A stretch of DNA of 63,825 nt, counting the filler, from Reclinomonas americana ATCC 50394 (Eukaryota), in the NCBI GenBank assembly GCA_048213135.1. It is 8 parts of 3 records of this genome, joined end to end, with 100 filler letters (N's around TTAATTAATTAA, not from the genome) between each part and the next. Parts side by side here need not be neighbours in the genome. Positions count along the whole stretch, not along the records: positions 34,903 to 42,580 come from PS015274.1; positions 42,681 to 44,953 come from PS015274.1; positions 45,054 to 56,155 come from PS015274.1; 5 more parts are not named here. One strand, written 5' to 3'. Made by a program: the position numbers and the translations under genes. Below, piece after piece: positions 35,291 to 45,605 of this stretch; the first letter of the stretch is position 1, and each line of letters opens with the position of its first letter. Below the pieces are notes generated by a model. The model saw nothing but the letters and a program-made list of their open reading frames with translations, was not told the origin of the DNA and ran no database searches.

Positions 35291-38200
35291 TCACGGATCC
35301 CACTTCGCATCCCGCTTCTGCCTCTTCCTCTCCGGCTCGTCGGGACGCGCCGCCGCAGACCTCCCCAAATTAACGGCGGCGTACGACTGCGACACATTGT
35401 GCGGGGCAGTGGTGTACCACGGCCGCGACAACTCGCCATCAAAGCGCGCAGGAGACCGGCCAATAGTGCCCCCAGTGCCCGAGGCAGCAATACCACCACC
35501 AACACCAGCGCCACCAACAGCACCACCGGAGCCCATGGCCACATCGTAGGCTCGCTTGCTGCCGGCGGAAGGCTCATCGGCACGCGGTGGCGATGAGCTG
35601 CGCGACATGAGCGTCGGCGGCACGGTCTCCATGTGCGGATCGTTGTGGAGCGAGTCGCGGAACAGGCTGCGCTGTTGTGCCTGTTGCGCCTGCTGCATCT
35701 TTTGCAGCTGCAGCTGGTGCAGCAGCTCCAGGTCCAGCGAGTTGGACGACAGGCTGCGGTGGAGCGGTGGTGGACGGACCGGTGGCCGCAATGACGAGGT
35801 GGTTGTAGTCGACACGGAGGTGGTGGTCGCGCCATTCAAAGACGCAACCGAGTGTCCACTCTCGCTGTCCGAGTCCGCTTGCCCTCGCCGGCGGCGGGCC
35901 TGCGAGAAAGGAGAAAATATGGTAAGTCTNNNNNNNNNNNNNNNNNNNNNNNNNNNNNNNNNNNNNNNNNNNNNNNNNNNNNNNNNNNNNNNNNNNNNNN
36001 NNGTGGGCAACAACGACAGGACTGTGAAGGGGAGGGAAAAGTAGACACACAGATCCAGTGAGGGGCGGAGGAAGACGGAAGGAGAGAGTGAGAGTGAAAC
36101 AAACAGGAGAGGTACAATGAAGAGAACATGAGAGAAAAACAAACAGACAGACAGATAATTCGAAGGGGGAAAGCAGGCAGAGAGAGAGAGAGAGAAACGC
36201 AAGAGAGGTAGAATGAAGAGAACATGAGAGAAATACAAACAGACAGACAGATAATTGAAGGCAGGCAGAGAGAGTGAAAGAAGCAAGAGAGGGAGAAGGA
36301 AGAGAACACGAGAGAAAAACAAGCAGACAGACAGACAGACAAGTAGGCAGACAGGCAGAGAGAGAAAGAGACAGACTAAGAGAGCAGTGTTGACCACATT
36401 CTCCCACCCTCAAACAAACCTCCGAAATCTGCAGCGGCCTGTAATGCGTGCGGAAACCGGGCGACACTTGCGTGAAACCGCGCGCACTGAACGTCGGCTG
36501 CGCCTCTCGCGACTGGTGCTCCTCGGCAAGATCACATACCTCGGCCGCCGGTGCCGCTGGTGGCGGGGGCGGTGGTGGCGGAGGCGGAGGCGGAGGAGGA
36601 GGAGCTTGAGGTTGCGGTGGCACGTCCGTCGTCTCCGTGCGGTGAGAGGCGCCAGCAACCGACGACGCAGCATGCGACGCATGACCGTTTGTGGGCGTTT
36701 GGCGTGTTGTGTTTTCCGGAAGCGACGAACGGCGGAACCACTTGCGTCCACCACCAACACCGCCACCATTGCCTCCTCCACCACCAGCAGCAGCACTCGC
36801 GGCCTCAACCAACTGCGATGCCACTGTGGTCTGCGGCGGCTGGCCAGGGAGCACGACTTGCCAGTTGCGCATGACAGGACGGCCGCTCGCCGCCGCCGCT
36901 GCAGAACTCTGAGACACCCAAGCAGAAGTGAGTGAGCCAATCTATTCGTATGTGGCAATCATGCGACGAGCACAAGACGCACCAGAGCCGCATCGTCGGT
37001 TCCACGCGCACCGTGTCGAGGCTCGTGTGGGATCGTGTAGGGGCGGTATCGTGCTTCTTGCTGAGGGGTGAGCACGTCCTTGATGCCGACGCCTTCGGCA
37101 ATGGACACGGCGATCGACGGCTGGGGGTAGGTGAAGAAGCATGTGAGGGAGGATAAAGGGAGAAGGCGAAGAGAAAGGTTGCAACTGGGGGAAGAGGAAC
37201 TACGGTGGCAATAGTGAAAAGGATTACAAGAGGGATGACCACAGAAGGAGGGATGAGGAAGGATGAAAAGAAGAACGCAAGAGAGCAAAGAGTAAAGGAA
37301 GTGAGAATCAAAAGGAAAACTCGAGAGACAAGGGACGAGACTCGAAGACGCGCAAGGAGGAGTAACAATGAGAGAAGAAACAATGAGGCGGGAGAGAGAA
37401 AGAGAGAGAGAGAGATGGAGGTGAAAGCAGACAGATCCGAAGGAAGAGGGAAAGGATGGGACATCCAGTTCCAAGAGAGCTGCAAAGTGACACCAAACGC
37501 AATAAAGAGTGACAGAAGAAACAATGAGGCGGGAGAGAGAGATTCAGGTGAATGCAGATAGATCCATACTGAAGGAGGAAGGAAGAGGAAAAGGATGGGG
37601 ACATACGAGTTCCAAGAGAAAAGCAAGTCGGGGACGTGCAAAATTCAGGAAGAGAGGACAACAGGCAGGAAAGAGAGATGAGGAGAACGGGGAGGTTGAG
37701 GAGAGAACGACCTGGTGGAAGACGACAGTCTTCTTCAACCTTCTCCATCCTCCCACTCACCGGCCGACCATCACCGCGACCACTCGCTGCTGCTTCCGCG
37801 GGCGCTGATGCGGACGCGTCACCCGAGCGCTGTGACAAACAAATGAGGCCACGTTTTAAGAAGCTCACACTTCGGCGACACCGCACCTCATGCGGCGGCG
37901 AGCCGAGCTTGCCAGTGCGCTGCGTGGTGCGCACCGGCACAGAGGGTCCGAGGTGGGACGGAAACGTCGCAGGATCATGAGCCTCCGCACCTGGTCCGCG
38001 TTGTCGTTGGGCTTGCGAGCGGGCCTTGTAGTGCAGGACAAAGGCGACCGGCGCTTGTGGACCGGGAGTCACTGAACACCGCGAGTCAGCAATATTACTC
38101 CCCCTTTCCTTGCAACCCTCAGACTCACCCGATCCATTTCCATCGTGAGCTCCGGGTTTCGACAAGTCGATGCACGTGCTCGGCATGCCGTCGACTCCAC

Positions 38201-39353
38201 ACATTTCGGTGACGGGCGATGCTCGTGCACTGGCCGCTGCCTGCGCTGATGGACCGTCGATGGCCGGCGTCATTTCTCCCTCCTCCCCTCCGTCGCGCTT
38301 CCCGTCGGCGGAGGGCAGTTCACTGTCATCCACGTCCATTTGCGCCGCACCCGGGCCATGTTCCGCTGCGCGCAGGCAGTCAGCACAATCGGTGCATGAA
38401 CGAACACACAGAAAGGAAGCGTGCGTGCCTTCGCGTCGCGCTTTTCGCGCTGCTCGTCGAGCGGCCTCCCGTCGCTGCACGCGTGCCACGGTGTCCTTTT
38501 GGTGCGCGAGTGGGCGTGTCGGGTCGATTTTTTCAGCTGCGTCACAGAGGGGAAGGGAGAGAAGGGGAGAGGGAGGGAATGAAGGGAAAGGGAAGTGAGA
38601 AGTAGATGAGGGAAGGGGGTGACAAACAACAGCAGAGAAAGGGAGGAAGATAAAGGAGAACAACGGAATGAAGAAAACGGGAGGAAGTGAGGATTACTGT
38701 TGCGGTTGGAAGTCAGAAGGAAAAAGATAAGAGGCAAAGGTCACAAACGAGAATAGGGAAGCGCATGAATGAGAATAAGAGATCGACGGAAGTCGTTGAG
38801 AGTGGGTTGGCAAACACCTGCACAGATGAGAGCGAGAAATGGAGGCTGACAAAGTGGATAACGTTATGAGAAACAGGGGACGGCAAACAAGAAGTGCGAA
38901 CAGGAGTGCAGAGAAGAAACAAACAAGAAATAGATGCAGGATAAAGCTGGAAGAAAGAGGAAAAGTAAATGAGAGAATATGGTCGACAACAGCAGCGAAC
39001 AGGCGCGTGAAGAAGAGAACAATGTGGTGGAGGAAACTCGAGAGACGAGAAGACAACAATCGACAAGAACTTGCGGCACCTCACCTGTCATGAACAAGTC
39101 GAAAATGGAGAGAGCGTACTTGTGGGTCAGCAGCTTGCAGAACTGCACTCCGAGATTGTTGACCTTGTGCTTGTCGTTGGCTGGGCTGTAGATGGTGATG
39201 CCGAGCACTTTGGGGACGACGACCATGACCACGCCGGTTTTTGAGCTGCGGGAGAAACCGATGAGGCATAGAGAGATGAGAGGAATGGGGCACAGAGAGA
39301 TGAGAAGAACGAGGCACAGAGAGAGAGAGAGAGAGAGATGAGAGGAACGAGGC

Positions 39354-39387
<34 letters not shown>

Positions 39388-40342
39388 GAGGAACGAGGAA
39401 CAGAGAGGCGACAGGAACGAGGCACACAGAGACGAGAGGAAGGAGGCACACAGAGACGAGAGGAATGAGGCACAGAGAGACGAGAGGAATGAGGCATNNN
39501 NNNNNNNNNNNNNNNNNNNNNNNNNNNNNNNNNNNNNNNNNNNNNNNNNNNNNNNNNNNNNNNNNNNNNNNNNNNNNNNNNNNNNNNNNNNNNNNNNNNN
39601 NNNNNNNNNNNNNNNNNNNNNNNNNNNNNNNNNNNNNNNNNNNNNNNNNNNNNNNNNNNNNNNNNNNNNNNNNNCACAGCTGTGTGACCGCGGGAACGCA
39701 ACGACCAACATATCCTTCACCGACGAGTAGTTGACGCACGACTTGCCCGAGAGAGGACATACACCGCCGTTGGCAAGAGTGGCGGCCAGCACACTCAGAT
39801 GCGGCGTCGTCAAAAGCACCGAGTAGAGCTGGTAGAACAGATCGAGCGCGTCGAGCACATTGGTGTCGTGTGGAAACGCGTTGATCTCCTTCATGTGGTA
39901 GCAAATGGCGTGCTTAATGGACGATTGACCCTGCATGTGCAGTGAGAGTGAGAGACGCGCACGGCAGCAGGGACAAAAATAAGCATCTCGCACCTTTTCT
40001 TGCAAGAAGGTCGGCACGTCGACATGCACGCGTGGACCACCGGCCATGGCGCGCACAATGTCGAGACAGGCAGCCAGTCGTTCTTGCGGGGCCTTGTCGC
40101 GGAAGAGGATGCCTGTGTGCGGGGAAAGAGATTGGAAGGGAGAAAGAGGATGAGAGAGGCGAGAGACAGCAAGGATAGAAGGGTAAAAGAACGCAGAGGA
40201 TTGACTCACCTGCAAGGCACAGGGCGCCAGCGTCAATCAGAGGATTATACGGCTTGCGGTTGCGATCTAGTTGGAAGTTTTTGTCGCCTGCACGAGGAGA
40301 CGTGAGCAACAAAATGATTGCACATTCGGTCATTATATGCCT

Positions 40343-40386
<44 letters not shown>

Positions 40387-41916
40387 TCCTCCTCTCCTCC
40401 TCTCTCTCTCTCTCTCTCTCTTCTTCCTCCTCTCTCTCTCTCTCTCTCCCTCTCCTTCTATCTTTCTCTGCAACTCTCTGGTTGTAGATCTCGGCCTTCA
40501 TGCTGCCGTCAAGACATCTCAATCTTGTTGACTGTTACTCTCCCTCCTTCCCCTCCCATCCCCCTTCCCCCACCACGCACCAGTATACTGGCACGGCTCG
40601 ACGCCACAATAGCGCAGCACCGTGGCGGCACCGAGATGGTGGTGCGCCAGCAAATAAATAATTAGTTTACAAATGCCGGCGACGTAGAATTCCTCTTCCG
40701 AGTCGCCGAGATTGAAGCGCTGTCCATCTGACACACGCGGGGCGAAGGGCGAGGTGAGGCGGGTGGGATGGAGGGGAGGTGGGGAGATACACACGCACCT
40801 ACTGTACACACGGACACCGCCAGCTTCCCATCCGGATTCAGACTCTGCAACTCCTCGTAAATGGCCGAAATGCTTTCGCAGAATTCGCGAAAGTCGGGGA
40901 TGGCTGTGCGGGGGGATGGGAAAGGGGAGTAAGAGAAACAGAGGACATGGAGAGGGTTGCACGAAATGAGAGGGCAGAACAATAAGAGCGCGTGAAGGAT
41001 CTCGCAAGGTGAGAGGAGACGACAACAGGGCAGAGAACGATGCCAAAGGTGGAATCGCACATGAAAGCGGAGAAGGATAACAATTAAGAGTGTACAAAGA
41101 GAGGGCTCAGAGAGCGGAGAACGACGAAGTGATGCAGGAGCGAAGGAAACAGCAACGGAGTCAATCAGCCAGTTACGTACCCAGCCGGCCCTTGAGTGCG
41201 CGAGTCAACAGACTCAACCGAGTGGCATTCGAATGTGACGCGCCCGTGTGCTGGGAGAGCGCGTAGAATCTGCAGAATGCGGTGAGTGAGAACCGGTCTG
41301 CCTCCTTCAATCATGGATATCGGGATGCATGGTCTCCTTGAGAGCCTTGGACTGGATGCGTCGAACAGGCTGGGCATCTCTCGTCTCTGTGTGTGGCTCT
41401 CCGTCTTGGGGTTTATCTCGCTCTGTGCTCTCCTTCTCTCGCGGCTCACTGTTCTTTCGTCTGTCGCCGTATGAACACTCGCTGTGCGGTTTCTGTCTCT
41501 TCTGTTGTCTGTGCATCTACTTCTCTCCTTCTGTGCGCGTCTTTCGTCCAATCAACCCATTCTCTTTGGCTCTGTCAAACAGGCGGCAAACTTCTCGGTC
41601 CGTGATTGTCTCTGCCCCAGTCATCCCACATGTCTCCTCCCCTTCTGCGTCCGTGCTCTTGTTCCGCGCGGTTCTCTCGTTCTGCCTTGCTGTCGTCTGT
41701 GTATGTCCTTCCCTCCTTCGGCGTCTCTCTCGATCTGTCGACCTGCTCCTATCGCTTGTGCGCATTTCGCAGCCCACTCTATCTGCTCCATGTCCAGCGC
41801 TTGCGACGCAACGTATTGAAGTCCAACTCGCCGCTTCCCAGCTGCCCGTGCAGATCGCGCAGCACCGAGATCTCGTCCACATTGAGACCGGCTTCTGATA
41901 ATCGCGCTCGCACGTC
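35291..41916 (-). CDS. Glutaminase-family protein (5' incomplete) with a degenerate active site and a ~600-aa low-complexity C-terminal tail
   Basis: The spliced product LLTRALKGRLAIPDFREF...AVSVCTVDGQRFNLGD...GVEP...KPYNPLIDAGA...LAATLANGGVCPLSG...VVVPKVLGITIYSP...FCKLLTHKYALSIFDLFMTAEKIDPTR is colinear with animal GLS. Downstream exons continue in frame to ...KRDAKWDP* at 35291. Confidence 0.82.
36110..36345. repeat. Intronic ~100-bp imperfect tandem repeat
   Basis: The unit ATGAAGAGAACATGAGAGAAA.ACAAACAGACAGACAGATAATT recurs at about 36117, 36213 and, diverged, 36298. Confidence 0.6.
37370..37620. repeat. Intronic ~140-bp tandem duplication
   Basis: AGAAGAAACAATGAGGCGGGAGAGAGA and GGAAGAGG.AAAGGATGGG.ACAT..AGTTCCAAGAGA each occur twice about 140 bp apart. 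Confidence 0.6.
39262..39497. repeat. Intronic ~24-bp minisatellite
   Basis: Repeated GAGAGGAA(T/C)GAGGCACA(G/C)AGAGA(C/T) units run into a gap. Confidence 0.65.
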
Positions 41917-42531
41917 CTACGACGCAACGGAACGATGTGAGACGGCGGGAAGAGAGAAGGAGAGGAGAAGAGGGGAAGTCGAGCAGGTGTAAGGAGAAGG
42001 ACGGAGAGGAACGCAGAGGCAACAACAGCGAGAAGGCCAGAGGATTGGAGAAAAGTAGAGAAGCCGAAGAGATCTGAGAAGAGAAGAGGAAGAGAGCCCC
42101 TGAAGGTGAAAAGAGCGGGGGAGAAGCCAAGGCGAACAGAGATGAGAAGAGGAGGTGGAGGAGGATAAGGAGAAGAACAGAGGGAAGGTGCGAGGAACAG
42201 CAGGAGAAGAGGTGAACAGCTTAGAGGCAGAAGAGGAGAAGAAGAACAGAGAGCCGGAGAAGAGCAGTGGAGATCAGAGGAGCATGAGAGAAGAGAAGCA
42301 GAGAACAGGAGCAGAAGGGTACAGGAAAGGAGGAGAAGACCAGGTGAGAGGTAAAGGAGAATGAGATGAGTGGGAGAGAGAAGAGAAGAAGACAAAGAGA
42401 AGAGAAGAGCAGAAGGGCACACAAACAGGAGGAGAAAGTGAGAAGATATAATAAGAGAAGAAGAGAGCACAAGATTGATTTGAGTCTGACAATCACAATC
42501 ATCACACATGCTCACACACTCTCCTCAACAC

Positions 42532-42567
<36 letters not shown>

Positions 42568-42891
42568 ACTACTACCTCGCNNNNNNNNNNNNNNNNNNNN
42601 NNNNNNNNNNNNNNNNNNNNNNNNTTAATTAATTAANNNNNNNNNNNNNNNNNNNNNNNNNNNNNNNNNNNNNNNNNNNNTGACTTCGCACGTGGGGTCT
42701 GCAGCAGCTGCTACACGCTGACCTCTTACTCGAAAGCCCCATGAAAAGTGGAGGCAAATCGAGCAAGCAGGCGTTTTGCAGGAGGAATTCGAACTGCTTG
42801 TCAATATATCGATCGCGATATCGATATCTTGTCGCTCGGCAGCTTTTCAAAGCCTCTCTCTCCTTTTCTGCAACCTATTGCTGCTCGACAG

Positions 42892-43104
42892 ACACTGGAG
42901 GCGCAGCGGGAGGCGCAGGAGGAGCAGGAGCAGAGGGAGGAGCAGAGGGAGGAGGCACTTAAGCTTGCAATTGTTCCACTAGTACTGCAGCTGGAGGATC
43001 CGGAGGAGGAGGTGGAGGGCGAGGTGCGTCCCATGTGGGTGCGCGGCGTCGAGGAAACATTCTCTTCCCGCGTGCTCGACGTCGACGGGCCGGCGCCATC
43101 ATGA
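42892..43104 (+). CDS. Possible terminal exon of an unknown Glu-rich protein
   Basis: A CAG acceptor is followed by TLEAQREAQEEQEQREEQREEALKLAIVPLVLQ...DGPAPS*. No recognisable domain. Confidence 0.3.
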   Translation, partial: TLEAQREAQEEQEQREEQREEALKLAIVPLVLQLEDPEEEVEGEVRPMWVRGVEETFSSRVLDVDGPAPS

Positions 43105-43372
43105 TCAAGCGACCGTCGACGTCGATATTTATAAGAGGAATAGTGTACCACGCTTGTTCAACCTCCGAGGAGATCATCCGATGGTGGACTCATGCGCGTT
43201 GCTGCGTGAGAGCGAGTATGTGCCAGACCGAAATGATCTCTCTCTTGGACTAGACGACGTTTGCGTGTCCGCAGCGGACGCGTCTGACACTTCTCGCACG
43301 CCGAACACACGCAATGGCTTTCAAGGTGATCGTGCAGTGTTTGCTTGCGGCGTGCGCAGTGCTTGATGGCAG

Positions 43373-44422
43373 AGGTTCGTGCAGGTACTGCAAGGCCACA
43401 CTGAGGTGGTTCGATCAGTGGCAGTCACACCCGATGGCCAGCACATTGTGAGCGGCAGTTGGGACAGTACTGTATGGGTGTGGTCGGTGGCTAGTGGCGA
43501 GGAGGTGCGCCGACTGGAAGGCCACACGAGTGCGGTGACTGCAGCGGCAGTGACACCCGATGGCCAGCACGTTGTGAGTGGCAGTTTAGACAGGACTGTA
43601 CGAGTGTGGTCGGTGGCAAGTGGCGAGGAGGTACGCCGACTGGATGGCTACACGAGTGTGGTGAATGCAGTGACGGTGACACCCGATGGCCAGCACATTG
43701 TGAGTGGCAGTGCGGACAAGACTGTACGCGTGTGGTCGTTGGCAAGTGGTGGGGAGGTGCGCCGACTGGAGGGCCACACGGGTGGGTTGTATGCAGTGAC
43801 GGTGACACCGGATGGCCAGCACATTGTGAGTGGCGGTGCTGACTGTACTGTACGGGTGTGGTCGGTGGCAAGTGGCGAGGAGGTGCGCCGACTGGAGGGC
43901 CACACGAGTACGGTGGAGGCAGTGGCAGTGACATCCGATGGCCAGTACATTGTGAGTTGCAGCGCGGACGAGACTGTACGAGTGTGGTCAGTGGCAAGTG
44001 GCGAGGAAGTGCGCCGCTTGAAAGGCCACACGGATTGGGTGCGTGCAGTGGCAGTGACACCCGATGGCCAGCACATTGTGAGTGGCAGTGATGACAACAC
44101 TGTACGGGTGTGGTCGCTGGCGAGTGGCAAAGAGGTGCGCCGACTGGAAGGCCATACTGGGCCAGTGTATGCAGTGGCAGTGACACCCGATGGCCAGCAA
44201 ATTGTCAGTGGCAGTTACGACATGACTGTACGGGTGTGGCCCACAACACACGGCCATGCCAATGCCGAGCTGCTGGCTGCCCGATATGCCCATCAAGCCA
44301 TCATCGAAATCCAGCTGCCACCCGATGCGGACGACGACCCGCGGTGCCTCGTGGAGATTGTGCTGCGCTGCTTCATCGTCGAGGACGCGGAAGCTATTCT
44401 CTATGCTTCGCCGATTTTTTGA
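43373..44422 (+). CDS. Seven-bladed WD40 protein built of near-identical 42-aa (126-bp) repeats plus a ~55-aa C-terminal extension; start not resolved
   Basis: Seven copies of L.GHT..V.AVAVTPDGQHIVSGS.D.TVRVWSVASGEEVRR in one uninterrupted frame. There is an in-frame TGA at 43364 and no in-frame ATG, so an upstream exon is needed (CAG acceptors at 43372 and 43384). Confidence 0.85.
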   Translation, partial: RFVQVLQGHTEVVRSVAVTPDGQHIVSGSWDSTVWVWSVASGEEVRRLEGHTSAVTAAAVTPDGQHVVSGSLDRTVRVWSVASGEEVRRLDGYTSVVNAVTVTPDGQHIVSGSADKTVRVWSLASGGEVRRLEGHTGGLYAVTVTPDGQHIVSGGADCTVRVWSVASGEEVRRLEGHTSTVEAVAVTSDGQYIVSCSADETVRVWSVASGEEVRRLKGHTDWVRAVAVTPDGQHIVSGSDDNTVRVWSLASGKEVRRLEGHTGPVYAVAVTPDGQQIVSGSYDMTVRVWPTTHGHANAELLAARYAHQAIIEIQLPPDADDDPRCLVEIVLRCFIVEDAEAILYASPIF

Positions 44423-44665
44423 GCTTAACGTGCATCATAGGAGTCTTTGAAGAGTGGCAGAGAGAGAGAGAGCCACTCTGTGACGCGATGAACATTGAAT
44501 AAAGTGGTCTAGGAGACAACGTGCCAGGAGAATTGCCGCGCGGCTGTGGAAGGGTCGCCCGAGGCGGGGTGTCCCACAATCTCGAGCGCTGCACATGGCG
44601 ACTTGCACACCCTTCTACGTTAGTTGCGCAACTTCCGAAAAAGCCGCAACTTGTCGACTTTGCGG

Positions 44666-44681
44666 GCGGGAAATTTCGCGC
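44666..44681. promoter_or_regulatory. Back-to-back E2F-like sites (GCGGGAAA TTTCGCGC) in a CpG-rich promoter-like region
   Basis: Motifs read directly. A (CG)n tract lies at about 44807-44826. Confidence 0.35.
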
Positions 44682-45151
44682 GCTTTTCTCGCACACGCAC
44701 ACACCGAAAAGTCGCAAGGAGCAGTTCCGTCACTCTCCTCTCCACACACACACGCACTCTTTCCCCCGCTCTGTCACACACACACGCGCTGTTTCCATCA
44801 CAAAGTTGCGCGCGCGCGCGCGCGCGTGCCCTCAACATTTCCGCAGTCGGGACTTTACTCACGCACACACGCGCACTCTCCTCTTTCTCCACACGCGCTT
44901 CTCCGCTTCCCTCCACACACACACACACTCCTCTCACACTGCATCTGCCCCTGNNNNNNNNNNNNNNNNNNNNNNNNNNNNNNNNNNNNNNNNNNNNTTA
45001 ATTAATTAANNNNNNNNNNNNNNNNNNNNNNNNNNNNNNNNNNNNNNNNNNNNACTCTTTCACTTCTTCTCTCACCTCTCTTCCTCCTCCTCTTTCCCTC
45101 TCTTCCCCCACTCTTCCTCCTTCTCACTTTCACCCTTTCTTCCCTCCGCAG

Positions 45152-45440
45152 ACCAACATGTACGGCGTCTCCCCCGCGGCGCAGCCGTTCAGCACCCCCT
45201 CCACACCCGTGCATCACGGTGGGTCGCCTGCCATTATCTCACCATGTTGCGCTTCGCCTGTTCGCCGTTCCTCTTGTGTCTCTCACGGCGACGCTGACCA
45301 TCCATCCCACTCTCGCAGACATGCAGCAGGGCATGATGGGTGGCGGCTCGGCTGGCATGCCACTGAACATGGGCGGCGGACTGCCACCTCCACCTCCACC
45401 GCCGCCACCTCACAGAGATAGCGACATGTCGGCCCAGTGA
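45152..45440 (+). CDS. Last two exons of an unknown Pro/Gly/Met-rich protein
   Basis: TNMYGVSPAAQPFSTPSTPVHH|DMQQGMMGGG...LPPPPPPPPPHRDSDMSAQ* joined by a GT-AG intron with a CTGAC branch site. Confidence 0.55.
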
Positions 45441-45605
45441 AAGAGGCGGTGGTGAGTACGTCGGTGGAATGCAGCCGTGTAATGAAACGATCATGGAAAA
45501 AAGTGTTGTTTTGAAAACGACGGTTTGTTTGCGCATTTTAACTAGCAGGAGATTCAGGGGGACACACTAAGGGAGAGGGGAGAGAGAGAGATTGATGATG
45601 ACAAA

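Noticed and set aside
43385-44240. Regular 126-bp repeats considered as a CRISPR-like array
   Set aside because: They are contiguous in-frame WD40 coding repeats with no unique spacers, in a eukaryotic context with no cas genes.
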